Origin: Ginglymostoma cirratum
Lineage: Eukaryota
Length of the DNA: 64,000 nucleotides
Reading direction: 5' to 3'
NCBI GenBank assembly: GCA_024137785.1
Contig: JAHRHZ010000018.1
Span: forward strand, 32,343,307-32,407,306
In this document: positions 49,586 to 61,964 of the stretch, in pieces
Position numbering within the stretch: position 1 is the first letter of the stretch
Layout of the letters: the number at the start of each line of letters is the position of its first letter
Position numbers and translations under genes: made by a program
The notes under the pieces: generated by a model
Databases searched by the model: none
What the model was told of the DNA's origin: nothing
The model's input: only the letters and a program-made list of their open reading frames with translations

Positions 49586-51449
49586 CTCTTGTTTAAAAAA
49601 AAGCATTAATCCAGACCAAGTGTAAATGTCAACATAATGAACGGCAAAACATGAAAACTAGAATAAGACCACACATAGAAAAAAAATAAAAATGGGGCAA
49701 AAGTCCACAGTCTGAAATTGTTGAACTTAGTGTTGAGTTCAGCAGGTTGATTAGAGCTTCAGTGAAACACCGCAGTATGCCATAAATAGTAAATACAGCA
49801 TGAGAGCAAGACAGTGAAATTCAAATAGAAAGCAACTGGATGCTCAGGGTTATGCTTTTGGATTTAGTGATAGGAATTCTTAAAGCTAAAATTCAGTCTG
49901 AATTTGTTTCCCCAAAATGTAGAGGACATTGAATTGAGAGCAATGAATACAATGTGATAAATGGAAAGAAATACACTACTTTACCTGGAAGAATTTACGC
50001 TGAACAATGAGGAGAAAGGAGCTAAAAGGGCAAGTATTATATCTCCTGCAATTGCAATGGCACGGAGAGATGCCGTGGGAAGGGGACAGAGGGCTGTGGT
50101 GTTTGAGAAGTGGGCCAAAGGCATGAGGTATGTAGGACATGGAGAGGGAATGTGAAGTGGGTATTTGGGAGGAGGTGATGGGGCTTTTGGATTTGAGGGT
50201 CTGACATTCATCATTACAACTACACTAATGCCCCAGTGAATGGAAATGTGTGTTCCAGCCTGCCAACTTTGTCATCTTCCTGTTACCAATGTCACTTCGG
50301 GCCCATCTCCCCAGCACAAAATCAAAGTGGGTAGAACTCCCTAATGGGAATGGATGTGGAGTTGGGGAATTCTTGATACCAATAGTCATTTTCTCATGAT
50401 CAGCTATTGTGCGGACTCAAGATTTTCCACTTGCAGCCTAATTGCGGTTGCTGGCATGCTCAGTGCCCACTGATTTTGGATCCCCACCAACAAGAAAGCT
50501 TGCTGCATCAAGCTGCAATCAGGTTAATAAATGCTTTGCAGTGAATTGCTGGCCTTGATGTTGAAGTCCCACGTCAAAAGAAGCCGCTGGCCATCAGAGG
50601 TAGATAGCTTCTGAGTCCTAGATATTGTCAACTGGGGCCAATGAAGGCATTGCCCCAAGCCTGAAGACAGATATCCCTGGTTTCTGAGTTGGGAAAGCAG
50701 CCACTTTCTTTCATCTGCTGGGGAGCTTGGTAAATTGGGCTGGTAGCTGTTAAACTGTTAGCTGTTACATAAGGGCCTTAATTCATAGAGAATTGAGAAG
50801 ATCCCCAATGATCCTCACTTGATTACTGAGGTGGCAAATGAGTGGCCAAGTTCCAAATCACCCAATTACCCTGCTTGCCATTTCCAGCTACCTCCAGAGA
50901 GGAGAGGTTTGTGCTCTCAGAATCTAATCCAAACAGAACTATTCACATGAAATAATTAAATGAGAAGTACATGGTATAAAACAGTGAATGATAGATGCGG
51001 CTATTCTTCCAATCTTTTTTTTCTAAACATAGCCTTTAGGACAAGAGTTTACTTGCTATAGCTTCATTCTGTTCTTTGTTGTAGATATGACGCCAGGAAC
51101 TCATCTACTGCTGATTAACAGCTGAAACTGGTACACTTGTGTAAAACTGGTTCATCACAAAAATATAACATCAATTCCATTGAATCATATAGAAACAAAA
51201 AGCAGCTGACATTTGAGACTGATAACTAAGGTAGATTGGCAGCCATCCACACATGGCTGTATGACTCTTGACAAAATCAGAATTGTGAACTAACTTTTGA
51301 TTATGCCATAGTATGCTGTAGTTCAAATAGTTAACCATTTAGACACCCTGAATTGGCTTCTGTAGCAACTAGAGCTTTGCAAAACTTACTGCTGCCAATG
51401 TGCTCGGTCCCATTAGGCTACTTAAAAGAACCACTGGTGCTGGAGGTAT

Positions 51450-52530
51450 TATATTAACATGGATAGAGGATTGGTTAACGAGTAGAAGACAGTGAGTTGG
51501 AATAGAGGGGCATTTTCAGAAGCAACCTGAAACTGGTGGAGTACCACAAGTGCAGTCACTACAATTATTTGCAAAATATATTAATGACTTTGAAGAGAAA
51601 AGTGAATGCACTGTTGCCAAGTTCGTGGATGACACAAGAACAGGTAAGTGATGGGAGGCAAGTAGTGAAGATGACAAAGTGTCTGCAGAGCAATATAGAT
51701 AGCTTAAGTGAGTGGATGAAAATATAATGTGGTAAAATATGAGCTTGTGCACTTTGACAGGAGGAATAGAGAATCCAAATATTGTTTAAATGGAGAGAAG
51801 CTGCAGAAAGCTACAAAACTGAGGGATTTGGGAGTCCTCATGCATAAGTCACAAAAAACTATCAGCCAAGTTTTGTGATCAATAGGGAAGACAAGTGGAA
51901 TATTAGTCTTTATTTCAAAGGGAATGCAATATTAAACTAGGGAGGTATTGCTAAAACTATATAAAGCACGAATCAGAACAAGCTGGACTTGGCGAACAGT
52001 TTTGGGCCCCTTATCTAACAAAAGATATACCAGCATTGGGCATTGGAACTAGTCCAGGGAAAGTACTCAAAGCTGATCCTGGGTATGGAGGCACTGTCTT
52101 ATGAGGAGTACGTTGAATAGATTGGGCATGTATTTGTTAGAATGTAGAAGCAACCCTATTGAAACAAACAAGATTCTCAGGAAGCTTGACAGGATGGATG
52201 CGGAAAGGTTGTTTTCGTATGTGGGAGAGTCTTGGAAGAGATGGCGTAATCTCAGGATAAGGGATCACACATTTAAGGCAGAAATGAGGAGGAACATTTC
52301 TTGCAGAAAGTAGTTAATCTGTGAAATTCTTTACCAGTGGACTGTTGAGACTGGACCATTAAATATATTCAAGGCTCGGATAGATTTTTAGTCAGCAAGG
52401 GAAGCAAGAGTTATGGGGAAAGGCAGGAAAGTGGAGTTGAGATTTATCAGACTGGCCACAGTCTCTCTGAATGGTGAAGCAGATTCAATGGGCTGAATAG
52501 TTGCCTTCTACTCCTATGTTTTTTGGTCTT
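51450..52530 (+). mobile_element. decayed CR1 RT and 3' part
   Basis: tggatagaggattggttaac...gccaagttcgtggatgacacaa (AKFVDDT), frameshifted. Confidence 0.8.
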
Positions 52531-52929
52531 TGCAAATGAATTGTGTGCGAGAAAGCTTTCTTGTCATTGATGGGCTTTAAACACATTGTACTGTTATTAT
52601 CAAAACAAAATACAGGTTAAAAGTTCATCACAAACAATCATCCACTTTTGTTATAACCACATGCTGTTAAATATGTGCTGTCTGATATTCACTGTGTCAT
52701 ATTACATTCCTCATCTATTTATTTTTGATTGTTACCTCATAGTGTAGGTGATCTAAGTTGTTTGGATCTAATGATTTTACATCGCAATGTTGTACATATG
52801 AGCAGTCCAGTTATGTATAATGGCACACAGACTTAATTTCCACTTCATGTTTCTTATTTCATATTAAAAGAATTGTTATTTAATCCATCAAATTGACGCT
52901 GATTTGATTGTTTATAATTTTAGCAATTA

Positions 52930-53122
52930 ATGCCAACTGATCCCTCAATTTCACTTAATCTTAAAAAATTGTCGGCTGAAGAAGAATTTCCAAACTTGGC
53001 CAAAAATCAGACTTGTATGGCAAAAGTTCTTACAATTCAAATGTACAAGAGACTGAGGGCCAGAGCAACCCAAAGTGGCTTCACACTGGATGATATCATC
53101 CAACCTGGTGTTGATAAATCTG
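52930..53122 (+). CDS. CK-like coding exon 1
   Basis: Acceptor tag at 52921-52923, ATG 6 nt later; MPTDPS...[16 protein letters not shown] + G|gtaagt. Confidence 0.92.
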
Positions 53123-56100
53123 GTAAGTCTCCTTTTAATTTAAAAAAAAACTCCTTTAGTTTTCAGTTAAAAGCTAATAATGTCACATTTGATAGCAATG
53201 TAAATTGAAACATTTGTAAATGATACAATTACGATACTATATGCTGTATGAAATATGAACCATCCATCCTTCAATATCTAGGAGTATTTCAATTCTGCAA
53301 GTCTAGTTTGACATAGTCCTGGGGATTTGCTAAGGTGACATTTGATCACATGATATTTTAACCACTGCTTACAATTGTTCCATTTTCACTGGGTGAGTGT
53401 TTCACCGTCATCATCAAGCCCTGATCTGACCTTTTGTTTTACAGCAGGATAAATCATAAAATTTGTAAAGAAAGAAAATAAAAGAATAGAAAGATTTAAG
53501 GATGTGTAATGTTTAAATAAAAATGAGTTCTGTGATGTTTTTACATTATTGGCCTCAATGAGAAACACAAACATAAAACTATTGATTCAATCAAATTAAT
53601 TGAAAAAAGTGAATTCTAAGCAATATTTTCATAAATTTTACAACTTGAAACAATGAATCGCAAATTATAGAAATGATAAATAAACAGGAATTGAATTGAA
53701 TTCACTGACTCTCATTCCTCATCACAAAAGCACAATTTCAGGGAGCTAAAGCCCATCCTCAGGAAACATTGAAGTTGCTCAGCTTTCATCATAAAATGAA
53801 TTATACAACAATGCCACAGGCCACCTACAATCTCGTTCCCTTCCCTAGTTTGTGTTGATTTCCCCATTTTGGGTTGCCTCCCTCTTGCTTCCTAAGTTTA
53901 TATTTGCCCTCTGTCCTGAAAGATGAGTGTAAAGTGTTTCCACAGCTTTATGTGTCACTAATAGGTGCTGTAATGTAATGTAAATGTGGATTTAATGCAG
54001 TGATTCATCATAGGTGTCAGTCCTTTAAAGTTAAGTTGACCCTTTCATCGGCCAGCCTTGTGTATTTGTTTGTGTGCTTTTTCAATGGCTAAAGCACAAT
54101 AATACAATGAAAAATGAATCAAAATGTCCTGTTACCTTTTGCTGTCATTTTTGTACTGTGATTAAAATTACTACAGTGGATTTAAACTAAAATATCTGTC
54201 TTCCACACATGAAAAAGAATCTAGTTCCCCAACCCCGCACCGCCCGCTTCTATCTCCTCCCCAAAATCCACAAACCTGAATGCCCTGGTCGACCCATTGT
54301 CTCCGCCTGCTCCTGCCCCACCGAACTCATCTCCACCTACCTAGACTCCATTTTCACCCCCTTGGTCCAGGAACTCCCTACCTACGTCCGTGACACCACC
54401 CATGCCCTCCACCTCCTCCAGAACTTCCAATTCCCAGGTCCCCAACACCTCATTTTTACTATGGACGTCCAGTCCCTATATACCTGTATTCCCCATGCTG
54501 ATGGCCTAAAGGCCCTCCGCTTCTTCCTGTCCCGCAGAACGGACCAATCCCCCTCCACCGACACCCTCATCCGCCTAGCCGAACTCGTCCTCACCCTCAA
54601 CAACTTTTCTTTCAATTCCTCCCACTTCCTACANNNNNNNNNNNNNNNNNNNNNNNNNNNNNNNNNNNNNNNNNNNNNNNNNNNNNNNNNNNNNNNNNNN
54701 NNNNNNNNNNNNNNNNNNNNNNNNNNNNNNNNNNNNNNNNNNNNNNNNNNNNNNNNNNNNNNNNNNNNNNNNNNNNNNNNNNNNNNNNNNNNNNNNNNNN
54801 NNNNNNNNNNNNNNNNNNNNNNNNNNNNNNNNNNNNNNNNNNNNNNNNNNNNNNNNNNNNNNNNNNNNNNNNNNNNNNNNNNNNNNNNNNNNNNNNNNNN
54901 NNNNNNNNNNNNNNNNNNNNNNNNNNNNNNNNNNNNNNNNNNNNNNNNNNNNNNNNNNNNNNNNNNNNNNNNNNNNNNNNNNNNNNNNNNNNNNNNNNNN
55001 NNNNNNNNNNNNNNNNNNNNNNNNNNNNNNNNNGAAGGGTTTAGGCCCGAAACGTCAAGTTTTCCTGCTCCTATGATGCTGCTTGACCTGCTGTGTTCAT
55101 CCAGCCCCATGCTTGTTATCTCGGATTCTCCAGCATCTGCAGTACCTTTTATCTCATCTACTCCCCTAGATTGATTGACAAGCTATCTGATTTGAAATTA
55201 TCTGTTAGGTTGTCTGTTCTTGTCCTTCCCGGAGAGCAACCTGTTGTTTGTACATCAGTGGACATTATCAATGTTTGGCTGAGTTTCAAGTGCTAATGTT
55301 GTCAGCATAGTGGGTGTTCTGTTCATCTGAGAATGATTGACAGTTTCAAATTGTTGTATTTAAAGCTGTGAACATCTAAGCTCTGGTGTATAATAGGTTC
55401 AAGTGGAATGTACCTCATAATTCCAGTCTACGAATTAAAGTCATAAGTGACTTAAAAAGATGTTTAGGTCTGAATTGCTTAAGATTCAGTTGGTAATAAG
55501 ATAAGCAGCCCCTTCTTTGTGGACATGTAGATTTTGTTATTTTTGCAGTCCTTGACTTTTTCTGTTCCTGAATAAATGTCTACTTATACATATGATTATA
55601 CTGTTACATTATATAAGTTGCATGTCCTAATGACTGTCAGGGAAAAAGCAGCAGTGAGTGGGTGAACTGATATGACATAGCCCAAATGATTAGATAGCTC
55701 TTCACCCTGCCATTGGAATGTCATTTCTGAGTGTTGTGCAGTGAAGCCTCTCATGATAGCCAGCAGGTTGTGAGACACATCCTTTTTGAATGTTAAATCA
55801 TCAGCAATCCTTCAATATTTCAGAGTGCCTGTAGATTGAAACATTACCTGAAATGCTTGAGTATCTTGTTGACAGCATTAAAACATTGCCCTCTGCAGAT
55901 TTGTACAGTTTTTCTCAATACACCGCTGAGCAATGATCGAGAATGGACATGTGAATTTCCCTTGTAAATGTCCCAGCATTAGCAGGCAATGTGCTCCCTT
56001 GAAAAGCTGATAGACAGAAAGAACCTTTCACTCCAGAGCTGTGTGGAATTATCACTAATTCACACTGTCAATACAAGATGGGTTTAAGCGTGAGACATGT

Positions 56101-59100
56101 ATGGTGGCCAGGCCCCAGCACAATCTCTACACATTGGGTTTCAGCTCAGTGCTATGGTGTTTGGTTAGCTCAGTTAGCTGGACAGCTGGTTTGCAATGCA
56201 GATAACAGCAGAGTTAAATTTTCCTACACTGGGGGCCGAGGGTACCATGAAGGATTCTTCTTCTCAACCTCTCCCCACACCTGAGGTGTGGTTTGTCTTA
56301 GGTTAAACCACCACCAGTTGTCTCTCTGTAATGACAGAACAGTTCTATGGTCTGGCACAGCTAAGGCAACTTTACCTTTACCTGTCCACAATAAAGTGCA
56401 AGACCTTGGTTGCAATCATCAACATGGCAGCTCAAGGATTTGTGAAGCCTTGAGGCTACTTGTGGTAAAGGAGTTAGTTGCCTGTGAGAGACGAGCAATA
56501 CTTGGTCATTACAACTTCATGAATCCCTAGAATATCTGAAAAGCTGCTCATCTCTCACATGCGTGTGATTTCATTCGGCCTGACAGAGAAAATGATACTA
56601 AAGTTTAAGAATGCAAGTAAGGATATGAGGATATTTTTACAAAAGTGCAAGACTATATACAATTATGTGTCACCAATGTGCCCTCAGAATATTATTTTAT
56701 CCTCTCCATCCCACTATGTCTAAGTTCAGTCCTGGATTCCATAGCCAGGGTTGGAGGGATCCTACTCTATTGTTGACCATATTGGCAGATCATCCCTGGG
56801 GAGTGCTTGGGACCAATTCTGCTGAGAGAGCCCTGTCTTGATGCAGGTTCACTCTTCTCAGCTTGAACCTTTGCAAGCTTTGGCATCACAGTCAATGGAG
56901 TTAGTGGTAAGGGCAGTAGGGAGTGTAATGGGAATCTGGGCTCCTCTGCAAGTCCTGAGAAGCAGCTTCTGGGTAGCCTGTGTGTGGTTCCTCCTCTGTC
57001 TGGGTGCCTGCTAGTGCACCTTATCCCCCTGAGAGAAAGGGGCACCTGGAATGAGGTTGAGGTCCCTCATCCTACCTTACCTTACAGCACTTATGGCTGT
57101 GTAGGACTGTGCACACATCTGATAGAAACTATGTACTGGAACTATCATTCCAGGTAATGGCCAAAGTCTCCATGGAGACAGTTACGTGCATGCAAGCCAG
57201 AGCTAGCATGGCACTGATAATGTTATGGACTCCTCCATTCTTTAATCCAGTTCACTAACTGCATCAGACAAACCTGCCTGTTGTTCCTATGCCTGTTTGA
57301 GCGTTTGACAGCGATTAATAGCCGACATCATGGGATCCTCTTCTGCGTGGGGCTGAGCAGATGCCTGGTCTCCAGGAGCCCTGCAAGTGGCAGAGACCCG
57401 GGGAGTCCCTTCCTTGACCAGCTGCAGAGACATGTCAGTGACATGCTGCCGAGTCTAATCTATGTTAGAGCCCACCAAGCCAAATGTTTCTGAGCCCTGG
57501 AGATACGAGTGAAAGCCTTGCCAATGCATCCTGTGATGGTTCAGTGGTTTCCTCCTGAGAGATGGAAGAGGGGCTGAGGGCTGCCTGTGCTGGATTTGTC
57601 AGGATGGAAGTTTGCTGGGTGTTGCTGGTGCCTGCGTAAGGGAGAGAATTAGTTGTGCAAGAAGGATAAAAGTTTGTACAGATTCAGAATGGGTTAGTGT
57701 GGTGGTGCTAGCACAGCACCATGAAGCTCATGGGCTGCTTGTCCATGGAATTGTCCATGGCAGTCACGTGCTGTCCGACTGAATTGAAAGGATTGAGGAA
57801 ACTGATATCCATCAGTAACCCCAGGCCAGACTTGGCCCAGTTCTAAGCCAATCTGTACAGCAATGAGACAAAAGGAGCCCTTTGTGAGATGTATGTGCAG
57901 TTTCCGAGTTAGTGACTGATGGCCCTGTGAGTGTGAGGTAGCAGAGAGAGGAGGGTGGCACTTAACCTTCCAGAGTACAGAAGATCATCTATTTTCTTCC
58001 TGCACTGCTGTGCTTTCCATTTAACTTGGGACACTGTGCTGACCGGGGCCATTTCCTGTGTCCAGACTGACTGTGTCTGGTGGCGTGGTTTCCTTTGGTG
58101 TTCTACAGTGTAAACGATGGTCCTCCTCTCCACCAACCAGCCCACCGGCACTTCCAGCTCCCCTTCCCAAAGTGGGAAGCTAACACACTTTTGTGGGCCA
58201 CTTCCTCAGAGATAATGATGCAGGGCCACAGGATGTGGCTCAGTTCCTGACTTGCAGAATCCAAAAAATCAAAAGGGCTTTAAATATGGCGCCCTTAGTG
58301 TGTACTCTGGAAGGTGCTGGCAGTGGAACACTTAAGCCTCTTTTGCCATGTGATTTGACAGGAAGGCTGTCAGATAGCCCAGTGACCAGCTAATAAGATG
58401 AAGAGCAGAAGATTGCATGAAAAGATTTGCTCTGAGCAATGAAGCGAATTAATCAGGCACCACAAATCTCACTTGATAGAGCTTTTTAACTGAAAATGAG
58501 AAAATTTAGCCAATGTTACTCATTTATAGCATTGTTATGGAACCACAGATTTAATTGGCACCATTTTATTTGTTTGCTTGCCCATATAGAACATTCTTCC
58601 ATTAGAACTGTGGGTTGTGTGGCTGGAGATGCAGAATCATACACTGTATTCATGGAGTTCTTTGATCCTCTTATTGAACTGTATCATCATGATTATCAGC
58701 CAAACAGAATGCACAGGAGCAACCTGAATCCAGAAAACCTAAAGGTAGCTTTATAAAGTTCATTTTGTAATTTCTACATGTTACATTTGGAAGGAATAAT
58801 ATGTAGAACAAGATAAGACCATTTCAGCCTGTTCCAGAGACAGTTTCACAAAGTTCCTTATTAATGTTTCCAGTTTACCTTTCAGTCATGGGTGCAGCCA
58901 CTCACAAAAGCAATAAAGCAAAGCTCACCAATTCCTATCAACACATGTCTTTATGATTCAACTTTCACCAATATTGTCTACAGATCGTGTGCTCCCTGGC
59001 ACAGCCAACCTCACTATACCACTATATACCTTCCACTCCCACCACACACTGCCAGTCTTGAGTGGTAGAAAGACCATTGTCTCCCTGATGTACTTAAACA

Positions 59101-61468
59101 TCCTAGGCTATCGTTTTCCCTATGGTTTTTAATCCATTACAGATCAGACAGTTTTTTTTAATGAAAAAAATGATAAGTCCTGATGAAGGATGTAGGCCCG
59201 AAATGTCGACACTCCTGCTCCTCTCATGCTGCCTGGTCTGCCGTGTTCCTTCAGCTCCACACTGTTTTGACTTTACCAGCAGTCTACTCCACATATTTCG
59301 AGCCTGTGTTGAAATAAAAATTCTGATGTCAAGCCTTACAAAATCATGAAATAAACCAGGAAAAGACAGGCTGCTCCACCACCCCACTGTACATTGGTGC
59401 AAAGTTTTCATTTTCAAATCTCTACATAACTTTGCATTCTTCCTGTAGGCATACTTTATCCTCCCACCTCTGTTCTTGCAGCTCTGATCAACTTCATGTT
59501 TCCCTCTTCCACCCATTCCACTATTGATGGAAAACCCTTCAACTATCATGCTCCAACAGTTCAAAATTTCCTTCCTAAACCATTCATTGTCTCTTCTCTT
59601 CTTCAAAAACTTCCTTAAAAATACCAGCGGCTCTGTCAACTTCCCTTGTTCACCTCCTACTTCTGAATCCCAGTTGTGAAGTGGCCTGAGACACATTAAA
59701 TGTTTAGATTTACTGTAGCAGACATAAGACTTCATCTTTGTTCTACTAAAAAAAATTCAATTTAAGTTTCTAGTGACATTTTCAAAAACTATTCATTAAC
59801 CATTCGAATTCTCTTTTTTCAAGTTAATAATACATTATTTCTTACCTAATCCTTTCTCTATGTTAATCTGTTTTCAAACTTTAGCACCTGTCAATTCTAT
59901 TTAGAGAATGTTTTACCACTTGACTTATAAGGATAGACAATGTTATTTTTAGTCTTTTAATATTGATTTCAAATGGGAGTACAGAAGTTCCATTTTACTC
60001 ACGGTATTGTGGCACTGCATGTACAATTTGACGTGCAGTACATGTCTAGAGTCAGTCAGACCCACCAGAGCTGATTTACTTCCAACACTATATGCTGTTC
60101 TCTTTTTCATAATGTCAAAAGCTTCTGCTCCCATTTAAAAGGTTAGAAAATTAAATTTTTATTTCACAGAAAGTCCAGTTTCTAACTTTGCTTCTCATGC
60201 TGCAATCAGTACATAGGGGAAGAAGTGCCCAAATTCCTTCTGGGGGTATCCAATTGCTTCTCTAAATGGCTATCATATGCCTTGCATTAATGCAAGCCAA
60301 AATAGTATCTAGTCAAAGTAAAATTTGTACTGTTATAATCGCAGCTGATGTTATTACTGGACAGTAATAATAATACTGGTCAGATTCCAGACTGAAACCT
60401 GGCATAGTAGATGATGTTTTGTTTTCTTTTGATTTTAACGAAGTGATCTCTTGCTGAAACATTAGCACACGATGCTGCAGATTTTAAAAACAAAACAGAA
60501 GTTTATTAAGGAAAGAAATAAAGATAAAATAGAATAAACAAACCGTCTCTATTTGAATATTTTTAAATAGACTGTAAAAGTACAATCTAACGAATCCCAA
60601 AACATACATTCATAAATTGAAAAGACAAACAACTGCTTTTGTAAAGCATCCAAAACACACTCCCGGTAGAGTACCCAAAAACACTCCTTGTATAGAACCC
60701 CAAAACACAACTTATACCAGCTTTGAGTAATCTCTTCAGCATTTTATCCCAATTCTTTAGGTCAGGGAGTATCACTATCTTTTCCCAGATGCAATCTAGT
60801 TCAACTATATCTTTCTGTTCTCACAAGCACTGGCCTATAAAAGCATCTTCATCGACGGACTTCACAGGAAGTCAAAGTGAAACTAGAAAAGCATCTCTCT
60901 CTAAGTTTAAAAAGCCTTTCATGATATTCTAAACTGGAGCTTGTTTATCTTGTTCAGTTGTAAAATCCCACCAATGTGTATTAAAAAAATTAAATCTTAT
61001 AAATTATATAGGCCTCAAAAATTCTTCTGAAATAAATCGCAAAAGCTACAGAAAAAGTTTAGTTAGTTATGACCTCTAGACACACAGAGGGCCAACATGT
61101 TACTAATCAAAAACCCAAACTTCTAATAAATTATAATAAAATCACACAGTCAACATTACATTAACTAACCATGCAATAGGGCTGGTAATGCACAATGACA
61201 GGAGCTCCACAAATGTTGAATTGAGTCTACAGATTAAAATCCTTATATTTATGCTGCTAGTATCCATTAATTAATAACAATTGAATGGCTAGTTAATAAA
61301 AGGCCTGTAATTATCTATTACTCTTCTCCCTGCAGGGTGGAACTAATTTAGATGAACTCTATGTGTTGACCTGTCAAGTGAGCACAGGACGTAATGTGGA
61401 TGATTTTTGTTTCCCACCTCATTGCAGTCGTGGAGAGAGACGTGCACTGGAAAAACTTGCAATAGGAG
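52930..61468 (+). CDS. divergent creatine kinase-like (phosphagen kinase) gene, 5' part (residues 1-160); continues beyond the window
   Basis: Three exons of 193, 155 and 133 nt with phases 1/0/1, the CKB/CKM pattern. Motifs [62 protein letters not shown]. Confidence 0.93.
54221..55155 (+). mobile_element. 5'-truncated Penelope-like element, same young family as 19602-21972
   Basis: [16 protein letters not shown]...[13 protein letters not shown] motifs; 54577-54633 is identical to 20462-20518; same 3' terminus after the gap. Confidence 0.9.
56160..56380 (+). mobile_element. other tRNA-derived SINE, decayed
   Basis: ggttagctcagttagctggacagctgg A-box-like head; tail actttacctttacc. Confidence 0.5.
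57905..58190 (-). mobile_element. Myb/SANT-like ORF2 remnant of a Harbinger element
   Basis: RRTIVY...[18 protein letters not shown]....[11 protein letters not shown] trihelix-like pattern. Confidence 0.65.
58590..58744 (+). CDS. CK-like coding exon 2
   Basis: atag| (E)[51 protein letters not shown] |gtagct. Confidence 0.93.
61336..61468 (+). CDS. CK-like coding exon 3
   Basis: cctgcag| [44 protein letters not shown] + G|gtgatt. Confidence 0.93.
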
Positions 61469-61592
61469 GTGATTTGTTTTGTTTATTCATCACTGAAGAA
61501 ACTGGAAATAACAGAAAAGTTAACATCAAGCTCCAGCATTATCCATGTTTGAATCCTTCCAATCAGGTTTTCATTCCTGCCACTATACAAAC

Positions 61593-61885
61593 ATAGAAAA
61601 TAGGCACAGGAGTAGGCCATTCAGCACTTTGAGCCTGCACCACCATTTAATATGATCATGGCTGATCATGCAACTTCAGTATCACATTCCCGCTTTCTCT
61701 CTATATCCGTTGATCCCTTTAGCTACAAAGGCCATGTCCAGCTCCCTCTTAAATATATCTAACAAACAGGCCCCAACAGCTTCCTGTGGGAGGGAATTCA
61801 CAGGTTCACAACTCTCTGAGTGAAGAAATTCTTCCTCATCTCAGTCCTGAATGGCTTACCCTTTACTCTTAGGTGCTGTTCCCTA
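61593..61885 (-). mobile_element. CR1 3' fragment
   Basis: acatagaaaataggcacaggagtaggccattc tail; gaagaaattcttcctcatctc. Confidence 0.75.
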
Positions 61886-61964
61886 GTTTACATAGGTTAC
61901 ATGATATCAATGTTACAAATGGCTTCTCATGTTACTGTGACAAATCCTTTTTCATTTGCCTCAA

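Noticed and set aside
54209-55174. 321-aa ORF as a host gene or CK exon
   Set aside because: PLE reverse transcriptase plus a gap; the ATG comes from flanking DNA.
59103-59735. 210-aa minus-strand ORF
   Set aside because: It spans a PLE end and decayed LINE sequence, with no coherent domain or splice structure.
52930-61468. Assigning the symbol CKB or CKM
   Set aside because: Too divergent, key residues changed and synteny differs; orthology cannot be supported from sequence alone.
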